Shown here in pieces: positions 1 to 15,016 of a stretch of DNA of 64,000 nt. Where the stretch lies: positions 3,410,001 through 3,474,000 of the forward strand of contig NC_092672.1 of assembly GCF_964355755.1 (NCBI RefSeq), written 5' to 3'. The DNA comes from Antedon mediterranea. Lineage: Eukaryota; Animalia; Echinodermata. The first letter of the stretch is position 1. Each line of letters opens with the position of its first letter. The notes beneath the pieces are model-generated. The model was not told the DNA's origin. It ran no database searches and saw only the letters and a program-made list of their open reading frames with translations. Both the position numbers and the translations under genes were made by a program.

Positions 1-369
1 TGTTTTTTTTATATTGGCAATAAAAGTTGAATGACAAGACATGAATTTCCTCAATGTTATTAATAATGTACGCATGTCATAACACTTGAATCAGGGTGTT
101 TATATCATAAATCTTAAATCACTGTGGGGGATGTTGGCACTCGTTTTTTTTAGCTGGGCCAGTGATTAATGTTATAGCTTGTTGTTAAATAGACTCCCCA
201 TGCTCACAATTTGGTCTTTACTTTATAGCAACAGGTGTTTAAAAACATTGTACAACCAAATACATTTAACAGTGAATGTTAAATCTCGAAACTTGATTGA
301 ATATTAAAGTATTGTTATACTAGAGTTTGATGTACTGACATAATATAAAACCATATGTTTGTTTTTTAG

Positions 370-4087
<3,718 letters not shown>

Positions 4088-5069
4088 ATTATTTTTAATT
4101 TGATGCTAAACACACGCACAAAATTAGTTGTACTTAACTTATTGTTTAAAGATTGGTGCTTTAAATACATACTGTTCTTTGATTACCATATATAGTGTGT
4201 TGATATAAAATTTGCAGTACACCTTTTTAGTTCAATAAAATAGGATAGTACAAATAGAACATGCTTTAATTTTAAATTATTTTATTTATATGAAAACGTT
4301 CTTTGTTGTTGGTATTTTAGAGTGTCTGTCTAGTATAGTTGTTCAGTATACTTTTCACATAGGAAAAATAGTAGTTTTAATGTGCTCACTGTGTTCACCA
4401 ATGAATTATTATATAGATATTGACTGCTTAGAGGTTAAATATAAGATTTGACAACCCTGAGGGAATGATATTTTGTTCGAGGGAATATGTATTTCTCGAA
4501 AATTACTCAGTCAATATCATCGTACTCGAGGATATATACCAATCACGTTCACGTATTTACATCTATGTAATATAAAAATATAAAAAAATATGAATTTGCT
4601 GGATACTCTGGAACAACTAGAAAATAAATGTGATGGGGTAGCATGAGCACAGGTGCCAATATCCTTCAAGGTACGAATAAAAATGTTATCTTTAAAATAT
4701 TCTTTACTTGAAATAAAGTGTATTTTATTAAACATTTAAAAGTTTAATGCAATATATAATCAGTAATTTTCAACTAAAGAATATTTTAAAGGTCAAATTA
4801 GCTATTCAGGAATTCAAATGAGTGAATAGATAGTAGTATTTGTCTTTCCTACCGATTCTGAAATCTATGGTACCAAAAATGTTTAGAAGTACTGTATTTA
4901 CTAATAAATGTTTTATGTATTCTTGCCAAAAAGTGTATCTGCTGAAAAATCAATTTAAAGTGTATCATTTCTGTTGTCTGTAAAAATAATATTATCATAA
5001 TAGTTGAATTTTTTGGGGAAAAAAAAATAGCCAATACAGTATTTATTTTTCGGCAATAATGGATTTTAA

Positions 5070-6180
5070 AAACTTGGTATTTTGAGGATTTTTCTTAAAA
5101 ATAGTCAAATTTCGACTATTTTATTATTCAACAATATTGGTTTCTAGGGCACTATAAGATAATGATATCGTAATATATGATCATATAAAGCAATATCATT
5201 GCATAATGATTGAATTTTAAAACTTTATATTTTGGCAATTTTTACGAAAAAATCCCTGTACTATATAGTACACAGATTTTTTCAAAAAAAATAGCAAATT
5301 TTCAACCATTTTATTTTCGACAATAACTGGTTTCTAGAGCACTATAAGATGATGATATCGCAATATATGATCATATAAAGCACTGCCCATGTCAATTGTG
5401 CTATAGTAACCAGTTTTATCGGAAAAAAAAAGGTCAAACATTTTTTGAAAAAATCCCTGTACTATATACAGGGAAACCCTTTTATTTTTTGACATAAATG
5501 ACATGCGCAGAACCTATTATTCGACTCTGCGCATGTTTATTATGCTATAGTAACCACTTTTGACATAAATGGTTACTATAGCATAATAAACATGCGCAGA
5601 GTCAAATGATGCGTTCTACGCATGTCAATTGTGCTATAGTAACCAGTTTTATCGAAAAATAAAAAGGTCGAAAATTGGCAATTTTTGGAAAAAATCCCTG
5701 TACTATAGTACAGAAAAATGTCGAAAATCGACCATTTTTCGTAAATTTCCCTGTACTAGTACAGGGAAATTTACGAAAAATGGTCGATTTTCGACACTTA
5801 TTTTTTGACATAAATGGTTACTATAGCATAATAAACATGCGCAGAGTCGAATAATGGGTTCTGTGCATGTCAATTGTGCTATAGTAACCACTTTTGACAT
5901 AAATGGTTACTATAGCATAATAAACATGCGCAGAGTCGAATAATGTGTTTTACGCATGTCAATTGTGCTATAGTAACCAGTTTTATCGAAAAATAAAAAG
6001 GTCGAAAATTGGCCAATTTAAAAAAAAATTCCTGTACTAATAGTACACAGACTTTTTCAAAAAATTGCCAATTTTCGACCATTTTTTTGAAAAATCGGCA
6101 CATTACGTGGGTCTGCACATGTCAAATTATGATATAGTTGCTGTTACAAGTTATGTAAAAAAATAAAAGAATCACAATTT
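5070..6180. repeat. Complex palindrome-rich repeat array (foldback/satellite-like)
   Basis: Recurring modules (catgtcaattgtgctatagtaacca, gcataataaacatgcgcagagtc, ccctgtacta..tagtacag) in both orientations. Perfect 78-bp palindrome at 5719-5796. Confidence 0.85.
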
Positions 6181-6929
6181 TGCCATTTTCTCTGTAATAT
6201 GTACTAATGTAACAATAAAGATAACAAAATATAAAATAACAATAAAATACCTTTATATTTAATAATACTCAGTAAAAACTTTACAAATGTTACATTTGCA
6301 TTTATATCAATAAAACAAAATGTTTATACATCAAGACAAACAATTTAGAACATTAAACTGTAATTCACAATAAGATGTTGACATAAAATGTCTTGTTTTT
6401 TTCAGTTTTGAAAGTGGAAATGTATACATTGTTAAAAGGTCACAGAATGAAAATAGGATCATGGAGACCTGTTTTTCTGGCAAACCAACATTTTCAGTTT
6501 TTAGAATCAAAATATTTGTTTTCATTTTCTACGATAAAATACACAACAACATTAATAAAATAAAACTAACGACAAGTAACATTACAGATAAGATGTTCTT
6601 TGGAATAATGAGAGACATAAATGTACCAAGAAGAAATCCCTTTATCTCTATCTATGACAGCATATGGGTATGCATGCATTATGACATCATAATCTTAAGA
6701 GAAGAATTATATACATTATGTACAATGACATCATAATCATAAAAATATCCCCTATGGTAACGATATCATGATAAAAAGTCCAAGACAATGAATAGCCAAC
6801 ACAGCACAAATGTAAACTTTACATTCTTCCATTATAAAAATATCTTTTTTTATACAAATATAAAAGAGAATTTACTAATGGTCTCCAGAATCATGCGTAT
6901 CATAAATTCTGTACTATTGCTTTCATCTA

Positions 6930-9900
6930 TTAATCACCTTTCTTGTTTCTTTTAAGTATACCACAAAGACGTTTAAAAACTCCGGTTGATTCCATAAGGT
7001 TTTCGTCTGGAGGATGTGGAGAGATGTCTTTTGAGAACTTACTCCAGTGAGGAACACCAGATTTGTTTGGCGTCAGGTCATCTTTTTTGGGAACTCTTAA
7101 CGGTGATTCCTTCACCACCACATCATCACTCTCATCAGTTCTCTCAGAGCTATAACCTGGATCTTTATTAGAAGGTTGTACAACGCCTTCTTCGGCACAA
7201 CTCTGGTCAGTGGAATCAGGTGTTTGTGAATCATCATTGACCGTAGTGTCTGCATTTGATTCTTTCTCTTCTGAACTTCCATCTTTTTGTTCCATTCCAC
7301 TTATATCTGCTGTATCAGTAATTGAAAAGAATTCCCCATTAACTTTGATCATTTCACCAGTATCTGAAGTCCCTTCGGTGTCGCCATCATCAAATGCTGA
7401 CAGCAAATTTAACCGCTGCTGTTCAAGTTCGTCAAGGGACGGTGACTGCCCTCTGCTACTTTGTGAATTCGCTCCAGAGAGAGGGGAGAAGCCACCAATG
7501 TTGTTAGCCTCACTATCCAATGAACCGCAGCTTGGGGTTCGACTCATAACGGGTGCATCAACCTGAGGACTGCGTGGTGTGGATGTTCTTCTTGGGGTGG
7601 GCGGTGGTGTGGAGGTTGGCAGGGGCGGGGGTGTAGAATAACCAGGTGTAGGTGGCAAAGGTGGCTTAAAGTTTTCGTCACAAGGGCTGGAATATCCTTT
7701 CTGGTCAGCATCACTATCTGTTAACAATTGACAATTAAAAGATAACCTACAGTATCATTTTTTATTAATGAAATGTACTGAGACAAAAAGTGCAGTTCTA
7801 AAGCTTTGTCAACACTATCACAAAAAAATGTGATGTGCCCATATATGGACATGATGATGTCATATCACTACCATATTTGGACATATCACTACCATATTTG
7901 GACATATCACTACCATATTTGGACATATCACTACCATATTTGGACATATCACTACCATATTTGGGCAAATAACACTTTTTGTCAAACTAGTTTGATAGTG
8001 TAGACAGAGCTCAAGTCTTCAATACTTTACATATATGTTTCCATAAAACAAGTATTATATTATTACCTGTAATACTAATATCCATATTTTCTTCTTGTCT
8101 ACTATCTATCTTCCTTCTTTTAAGTTCTTCGCTCGAATCATTATCACTGAAGTTCTTGCTTCTCTTCTTCGATGTAGTTTTATTTTTAGTTGGTGTTGGC
8201 AATTGTCTTTTTAACTTTTCCATTCGCTGATTTGGTTGCATCGGTGGCATTCTGAATCTTTCACATTCCTAAGCAAAAATTGAACTTTTTTATTGGATGC
8301 AGTCTATGTTAACTTTTGTCATTAAGATTACATTACTCCATACAAAGCCTTTTTATCTATATTACTATAGCAATACAGTAGTACCGAAACATGTCAACAG
8401 TGTGGCCCTATACTCGCTATACATATGCACTGGGATATTTTCATAATTTAGGCTTTGTAAAGCTCTGTCTACACTATCAAAGTGTGATGTGCCCAAATAT
8501 GGTAGTAAAATGCCCAAATATAGTAGTGATATGACATCATCATGTCCATGGCACATTACATTTTTTTCACATAACATTTGATAGTGTAGATAGAGCTTCA
8601 GAAGGTAAACATTCAACAAAACACCTTGACCTCTTTTAAAACTTTTAATTTCATAAACATACAACAGCCAATAACAGTGAATTAAATACCATTATATTGT
8701 GCCATTATAAACCAAGTCTTATTTATACTTAAGGAGTTGAAACATTGAGTTACAACCCTGGTACTATGTCAGGATTGAACCCTGGTACTATGTCAGGATT
8801 GAACCCTAGACCTTTAAGTTGAAAGGCAAGCATGTTAAACACCAACTATAGCTTAACTACAATGATGCGTTTAATGTAGGTATTTGCTAAGGGCTTCTTT
8901 GGTACCAACTTCCTCATTCCATCTGTTACACTCCATCCCTTTTTCAATTCAAATCTCTCCTGAAAACTCATCTATTTTAATAGTTGTTCTTTTATATTGC
9001 GCTGTGAGACTCCGATAACGAGCGCTTTATAAATGTTCGACATTATTATTATAATAATAATAATAAACAATATTTATATAGCGCCTAATGGATCACTGAC
9101 CCCTCTAGGTGCTTTACATTAGACCCTAACTAATGGTGAAATATTTCATGTGATGTATTTTTGCTACACTTTGTATAGTGCTACTACTCAACATAGTGTG
9201 TTTGATGAAAATGATTGTACCACTGTACTTACATCCAACACATTGTGCGGTATATCCACGTTGAAACCGGGGTAGCAGATAAGTTTGTCATGCTCATAAT
9301 CAGGGTGAACGTTTTTAAGCCTGGAATCTACACTCTCACCGTCTTCTAAAGAAACGAAACAAGGCAAGGATTAAAATCATTCTCTTACTGTAGTTCCGAA
9401 TTGCTCTCATAGCATATTAGCACTTTAAGAATTTGGTACACTATTTAAAAAGAGTAGGGGTTGTCTACCAGTGTGCTGATCTGGTAAGCGCTGCACTGCT
9501 GCCGTGGGTCCGTTGAGGGCCTAATCCGATTTTCTCAGTTTCCCTTTAAGCTTGAGGACCATGAATAAATACATTCATACATTTTACATAACATTTCATT
9601 ACCTTAAGCTCTGTCTATCATACTTTTTGAAATCAAATTTTCATTTTTCATGAAGGTGAAAAATAAACATTGAAACTTACCAACGTTTCGTGCGTTAGCA
9701 TCGCACTTTCTCAAGGTAGTCTATCCCCTATCATACTTTTCTGACAAAACTATCATACTTTTCTGACAAAACTATCATACTTTGAGAAAAAAGGTGTCCA
9801 AATATGGTAGTGATATGACATCATCATGTCCATATAATGGACACGTCACATAAAGTTTGATAGTGTAGACAGAGCTTAAGGGATCATGTTAAAATTATTC

Positions 9901-12900
9901 TACTGAAGTTACCTATCAGAGAGATTATTATTATTAGGTTGTTCAGTTCTCTGTGATTGGCAAAACAACATTTGCCATATGAGAACTACTGTAATTATGT
10001 AAATCACAATTTTATATAACATCTTTTGACAAGACTGGCTACAGCATTCATTACCTATGTGTACACTTACCGGGGTTATCATACACAGTAAGACCAGATG
10101 TAACAATTTCAGCAGCTTTTAAGTGCCCTGGTGGGTAATTATACACTCGCATCTGGTAAATATGCAATGGCAGTTGGTTTGAATTCAGTCCAAGAGCATT
10201 TCGTAATGTTTCACTGCAAATAAAAAGTGAAAATTATTATTATTTTTATCAATTCACTTAAATCAATACAAAATAATGCAACCTTCAATTAATAATGAAC
10301 AGCTTGGAATTTTATAATATTGTTTTTCGATGTTATCTTGTTTTATATGTATTTTCTTGTTTTTCCATTTTTACTGCGTCCAACTTAATCATATATTGTA
10401 CTAGGCCCAACCACTCACTTTCTTAATTAATATGGATTGGACCCCATTGGAAATAAGTTTACTTTTTATTCGTCAACTTAATGGGTTATCCTGGTATTCT
10501 TTTTTAATGTGTACATTGTATATTTTAACTATATTATGATTATCGTATAAAATCAATCAATCAATTATATACTGCAGCAATATTTCAATACAGCTTTTTA
10601 ATATTATTATAATAATTTATTCTGACATTACCTTAAATGACCTGGCTTAAATTTCTCAATGTTATCCTCGTCGACGTGATACCTTTTTGATGACATATTT
10701 GACATTTTTGACATGAACTTTTTTTTATTAATACCAATTCTTACCAGATCTTGAGGCTGCAAATAAAATTTTGAAATTTAATTTAAAAAAGGTAAAGTTG
10801 ATGTATTCATACTGAATTTATTTAGAATATGAAAATAAACAAATAAACCATCCAAGGTATTTAAGCTAAAATAATTATCATAAATTAAAACATCACCTTC
10901 AAAATCTGTCCCAAAAGAAGTGAGCAATATGGCGTAATTGTAAGGAATATCAAACTAGGGTAACTAAAAGCATGGGTTTGAGACCTGTCTGTACCATTGC
11001 TGTTATACTTAGGAAAGGTACTTTCCTTGTTACCTTGTCCTTCGGATGGGATGTAAAGCTATTGGTCATGTGTATATACTGTACATTGCTTATGTAAATG
11101 ATAGAGAACTGGTTACTTTTTTGATATTAAAAAAGAGAATGAAAAAAAAGTGCAGGATTGTCTCCCGGTGTGCTGATAATGATCCTGTACTGGACCATCT
11201 GGTAGAACAGTCTGAAGAGGTCACTCAGTGTAAAGAAGAAATATGTCAAATACTGGTATATCAAATTATAAAAAAAAAACATGCGATGTACTGTAGTAGG
11301 CTGCAGTACCTGTGGACAATCACGGACAGCATGATCATCTTCACCGCAGTTGAAGCAGCACGCCTTTTGCCTCTTGTTACCACTTGGCTGTTCATCAACA
11401 GGAAGTGATTCTGTGTACATTTGCTCATAACTACTACTATTCAGGAAAAATATTCATTCTTTTAAAACAAGCGTACAATTTTGTAGTCCTACTTGTCCCA
11501 TGACCTAGATGATCGTAGGGGCATAGCAGATGGGATACTGTAGTAGTACTCATCATGATATGATACACAGGCATAAGCCATATCTCCCAGCGGTGCCTAT
11601 CTCTTCTACGGATTTTCTAACTCGTTAATAATATTGATTAGGAATTATCCTTATTATGTCCACCATGCAACACTGTTAATGGCAATTTGATGCTTTAAAA
11701 AAAATATGGTAGTGGTCATTAAAAATCCTGTCACAATGGTGGAACCTGGATTTGGAGCAAATTTTCAAACTGTATCATGTCTAATGACAATAAACATCCT
11801 GCAGTATCATGTCTGCTGAGGGCAACAGGCCCATACCATATAACCTATCTCCTAAATATCAACTTACAGCACATAACTCTTAAATATTAACCTAACCCTC
11901 AAATTGCTCTAAATAATCTCTCACTACGCTACAAAAAGCGGATGAATACTGTCTGCAGAATCAAATATTCAAGACAATCAAGTAAATTATCCAATCAAAT
12001 CAGTTGTTATATAGGATACTCCGGTATTGTCCAACCAGCTGTCAACCGTGGGTTATCATTGCACAGTGGTTTGCCAATTGTATCAATGCAGAATCGATTA
12101 AAATATTGCACATTTCCTATGGCCGTAAACGCCATCTCCTTCTGACGATCATTTTTAAACAGTGTAAGTGATGAATTCTGAAAAACACAAAAATATGTTT
12201 TTCATTATTCATTATTTTACTGGAAAGTTCAGGGGGTAGATCCCATATTTTAAACGGCCAAATGTCACAGTACACCTCTACGATAATTTTAACAAGATGA
12301 TAAAACTAAAATAAATGACTACTTACTTGTGGCCTAAGGTTTCTATGATCATCTTCTATTCTTTTTGAAAGATTCTCAAAAAATTCCTCTATTTCCTGAC
12401 GATATTGCCTGTAAAAAAAAAGATATTATTAATATTCATTTTTTATTTCACGTATTATTAGTGATTTACCTCCTCTCTCTTTGTTTGTGTGAATAAAATA
12501 ATAATACTACATTTATATAGCTCCCTTTTCATGAGTAATCATGCTCAAAGACGCTTTACATATCATCATTACCCCGGTCATTTGTTGGATCAAACACGTA
12601 CTGTATGAAAACATACTCCCATAAAATGCAGGTAGTAATCAGCACAAAGTTGTGTCTTGATCTAACCAGTACCCATTTAATATACCTGGGTGGGGAGAGG
12701 CAAATGCAAGTGCCTTGCCTAGGATACAAGTTGTGTCTTGATCTAACCAGTACCCATTTAATATACCTGGGTGGGGAGAGGCAAATGCAAGTGCCTTGCC
12801 TAGGATACAAGTTGTGTCTTGATCTAACCAGTACCCATTTAATATACCTGGGTGGGGAGAGGCAAATGCAAGTGCCTTGCCTAGGATACAAGTTGTGTCT

Positions 12901-15016
12901 TGATCTAACCAGTACCCATTTAATACAGTATACCTGGGTGGGGAGAGGCAAATGCAAGTGCCTTGCCTAGGATACAAGTTGTGTCTTGATCTAACCAGTA
13001 CCCATTTAATATACCTGGGTGGGGAGAGGCAAATGCAAGTAAAGTGCCTTGCCTAGGATACAAGTAATGCAGCGAGAGTTGGATTTCAACCACGACCTCA
13101 CGATCGGTAATCCGGCGTCCAACACATTGTGCTACATGCCCTTAATGAAAGTTGAGGCTGTATTTGATATGATGATAATGATGATGATAATGATGATGAT
13201 AATAATGATGCAAATGATTATAATGATGTGATAATAGTGATACTGTACTGATCAATAAGTGTGTTAAATATTGATAATGGCATCTTAACAGATGTGACAT
13301 CACAGGACACCAAAATGTAAATGTATGATTGCCGATGAGTGGGATCAACAAAGACTTAAAGGACAACTTGACCCAGAACCATATTTTAACAACGTATTAG
13401 GGATGTACATATGACAATCCCGAGATTAAGGATATCGCTGTACGCGCTCAACGTACAGCTGTCGCCGTCAATTGCTGTGATGTCAATGGTGCATCGCAAT
13501 ACTATCTCATGTACTGTATGTTAACAACAGTAAAAACTCATTAAGTAGATATCGCGATGCACCATTGACGTCACACCAATGACGGCGACGACTGTACGGC
13601 GAGCGGTAATTTCTTTAATTTTGCGATTGTTAAAATATGGTCCCGGTCAAGTTGTCCTTTAAAAAATCTTCTATTTTCATATGTGAAGTTAGTTACCTTA
13701 CTAAAGCATGGTTCATAAACACCACCTGTGCAATAGGTCCATCACATTCCTCATTCTCTATATGTATACTTCTGCAAAAAAGTTGAATATTAATTTTAGT
13801 GATAATACATTTCAGGATTATCATTAATGGGTTTCACTGCTCATTGTAAACAATTATTTGCTATTCAATCTATTAATAGACTGTAAATAATAATAATAAT
13901 AAACTTTTATAAAGCGCTATTCTATTTACTGATGTCTAACAGCGCTAAAAGGCCAACAAGAATTATTGAAAAAGGTGCATAGCTAAGAGTACAATTCAAT
14001 TCTATACGAGCACATAAATAAAAATACAATAATGGACGGTTGTAATGCACTTGTCAATTGTATGACCCACTATACGACCCCCGGGAGAGGTGCGTCATTT
14101 GTCCGATGTGCGTCATACTTTTGAATACCATGACGCACCCGTGCGTCAAAAAGGTGACTTACCTTTAGGTGACCATGACGCACCCATTTTGACGCACTGT
14201 GACCATGTTGTTTATGATATGGTGGGTGGTAAAGTGACGGACCTTGACACACCTTGTTCATTGATGTGACGTACCATCTAGGTTTTTTGACGCACCCCTG
14301 CGTCAGTAATTATTTGTAAATGACGCACCCATGACGCACCTCTCCCGGGGGTCGTATAGTGAGTCATACAATTGACAAGTGCATAATATAAACTTAAAAG
14401 TAAAAAAATAAAGCTCAGGATGACCCAATAAAACCTTACGGTTTATTTCCGCTGGGGTCCTATTTCTTCTTTTATAACGTTAAATTTGAAAAGTGTATTA
14501 TTACTAAACAAGTACAGCACTAAGTAACCAAAGCAAACTACTTACTTGGGCTCTATAACCAGTCTCACTTTGTACTTTAGTTCCTCAAGTAATTTATAAA
14601 AATTAAGGAATTCAGACATTCTAAATAGAAAATAGTTGATCCTAGAAACAGAAATAAATGGTCTATAGCCTGGTTTATATTACACTAAGTTTATTTCAAC
14701 TTTATTTAAGAAAAGATCCATTTAGGCCAGGAAGATCATTTCCTGTTGATTGTTTATGAACACTAAACCTACGCCACCAGCACTCATGTGGCGTCATTAT
14801 AAACACTGATTGATAGATATACACTTTTCACTATGCTAAAACATCATAAAGGATATTCTGTAAATTACGCTTATTTTTTCTGTTTGCTTTAGAATTAGAT
14901 TTCTTTTTGACAAGTTTACTCTCAGGCAAAGGTTCCTCACTTTCATCTAAAGTCTCATTTTTAAAGTCATTATCCACGGTGGTAAAATCCATATCGCATT
15001 CATTTGTGGCGGCCAT
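6930..15016 (-). CDS. ZCCHC8: Zinc finger CCHC domain-containing protein 8 (NEXT complex scaffold). Exons 15016-14857, 14588-14546, 13771-13697, 12408-12327, 12177-12020, 11430-11310, 10756-10632, 10213-10071, 9345-9233, 8268-8067, 7717-6930(stop)
   Basis: All splice phases are compatible. Motifs: DGPIAQVVFMNH, QYRQEIEEF, FCIDTIGKPL...NPRLTAGWTIP, zinc knuckle CFNCGEDDHAVRDCP, PSP domain FKPGHLSETLRNALG...IYQMRVYNYPPG, YPGFN, Pro-rich region, C-terminal VPHWSKFSKDISP...ENLMESTGVFKRL. An in-frame ATG at 15025 is an alternative start. Confidence 0.95.
7802..8011. mobile_element. PIF/Harbinger-like MITE family A (TIR AGCTCTGTCTACACTATCAAA) with an expanded internal 21-bp repeat
   Basis: TIRs at both ends and five tandem catatcactaccatatttgg(a) units. 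These produce the spurious HIWTYHY ORF. Confidence 0.85.
8461..8597. mobile_element. MITE family A copy
   Basis: agctctgtctacactatcaaa ... tttgatagtgtagatagagct. Confidence 0.85.
9607..9876. mobile_element. MITE family A copy interrupted by a hammerhead-containing insertion
   Basis: Left agctctgtct, right tttgatagtgtagacagagct. Foreign segment ~9628-9727 is flanked by ctatcatactttt on both sides. Confidence 0.75.
9675..9720 (-). ncRNA. Minimal hammerhead-ribozyme-like motif (U3-A8 core variant), Penelope type
   Basis: Reverse strand reads ACTACC TTGAGAA A GTGCG ATGCTAA CGCAC GAAAC GTT GGTAAGT: stem I TACC/GGTA, 5-bp stem II, GAAA box, palindromic AACGTT stem III. Confidence 0.55.
11431..12019 (-). 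other. U12-type GT-AG intron of ZCCHC8
   Basis: Donor GTATCCTAT. Branch-like TTTTCCTGAAT lies about 10 nt before the AG, with no polypyrimidine tract. Confidence 0.75.
12497..13140 (-). mobile_element. tRNA-derived SINE with a 5x tandem amplification of an 81-bp central segment (12647-13064)
   Basis: Minus-strand head GGCATGTAGCACAATGTG...GGTTGAAATCC (A/B boxes), central GCAAGGCACTT...CCACCCAGGTAT..AAATGGGTACTGG, and LINE-like tail AAAGCGTCTTTGAG...GCTATATAAATGTAGTATTATT. Confidence 0.75.
13360..13658. mobile_element. Kolobok-like palindromic MITE
   Basis: TTAA|AGGACAACTTGACC...GGTCAAGTTGTCCT|TTAA, with imperfect inverted arms along most of its length. Confidence 0.8.
14046..14383. mobile_element. 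338-bp PIF/Harbinger-like MITE (family C), TSD TAA
   Basis: TIRs of ~50 bp TGCACTTGTCAATTGTATGAC...GGTGCGTCA, with TAA on both sides. Near-identical to 25035-25372. Confidence 0.9.
14589..14856 (-). other. U12-type AT-AC intron (first intron of ZCCHC8)
   Basis: Donor ATATCCTTT, branch site TTCCTTAAT (14610-14602), terminal AC. Splicing joins ...KRNLQ to IEELKYKVRLVIEP in frame. Confidence 0.92.

Noticed and set aside
7210-7566. 118-aa + strand ORF, and other antisense ORFs at 44189-44572, 47308-47628 and 56221-56583
   Set aside because: Antisense shadows of real coding exons.
7806-8003. His/Tyr-rich repeat ORF (HIWTYHY)n; similarly SDVPKYG repeats at 23797-24003
   Set aside because: These come from the internal 20-21-bp repeats of MITE family A.
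12556-13064. CRISPR-like array or repeat-protein ORFs
   Set aside because: The 81-bp units abut without unique spacers, lie inside a SINE in a eukaryotic intron, and no cas genes are present.
13171-13232. Met/Ile-rich and His/Tyr-rich ORFs
   Set aside because: (ATG/ATA)n microsatellite.
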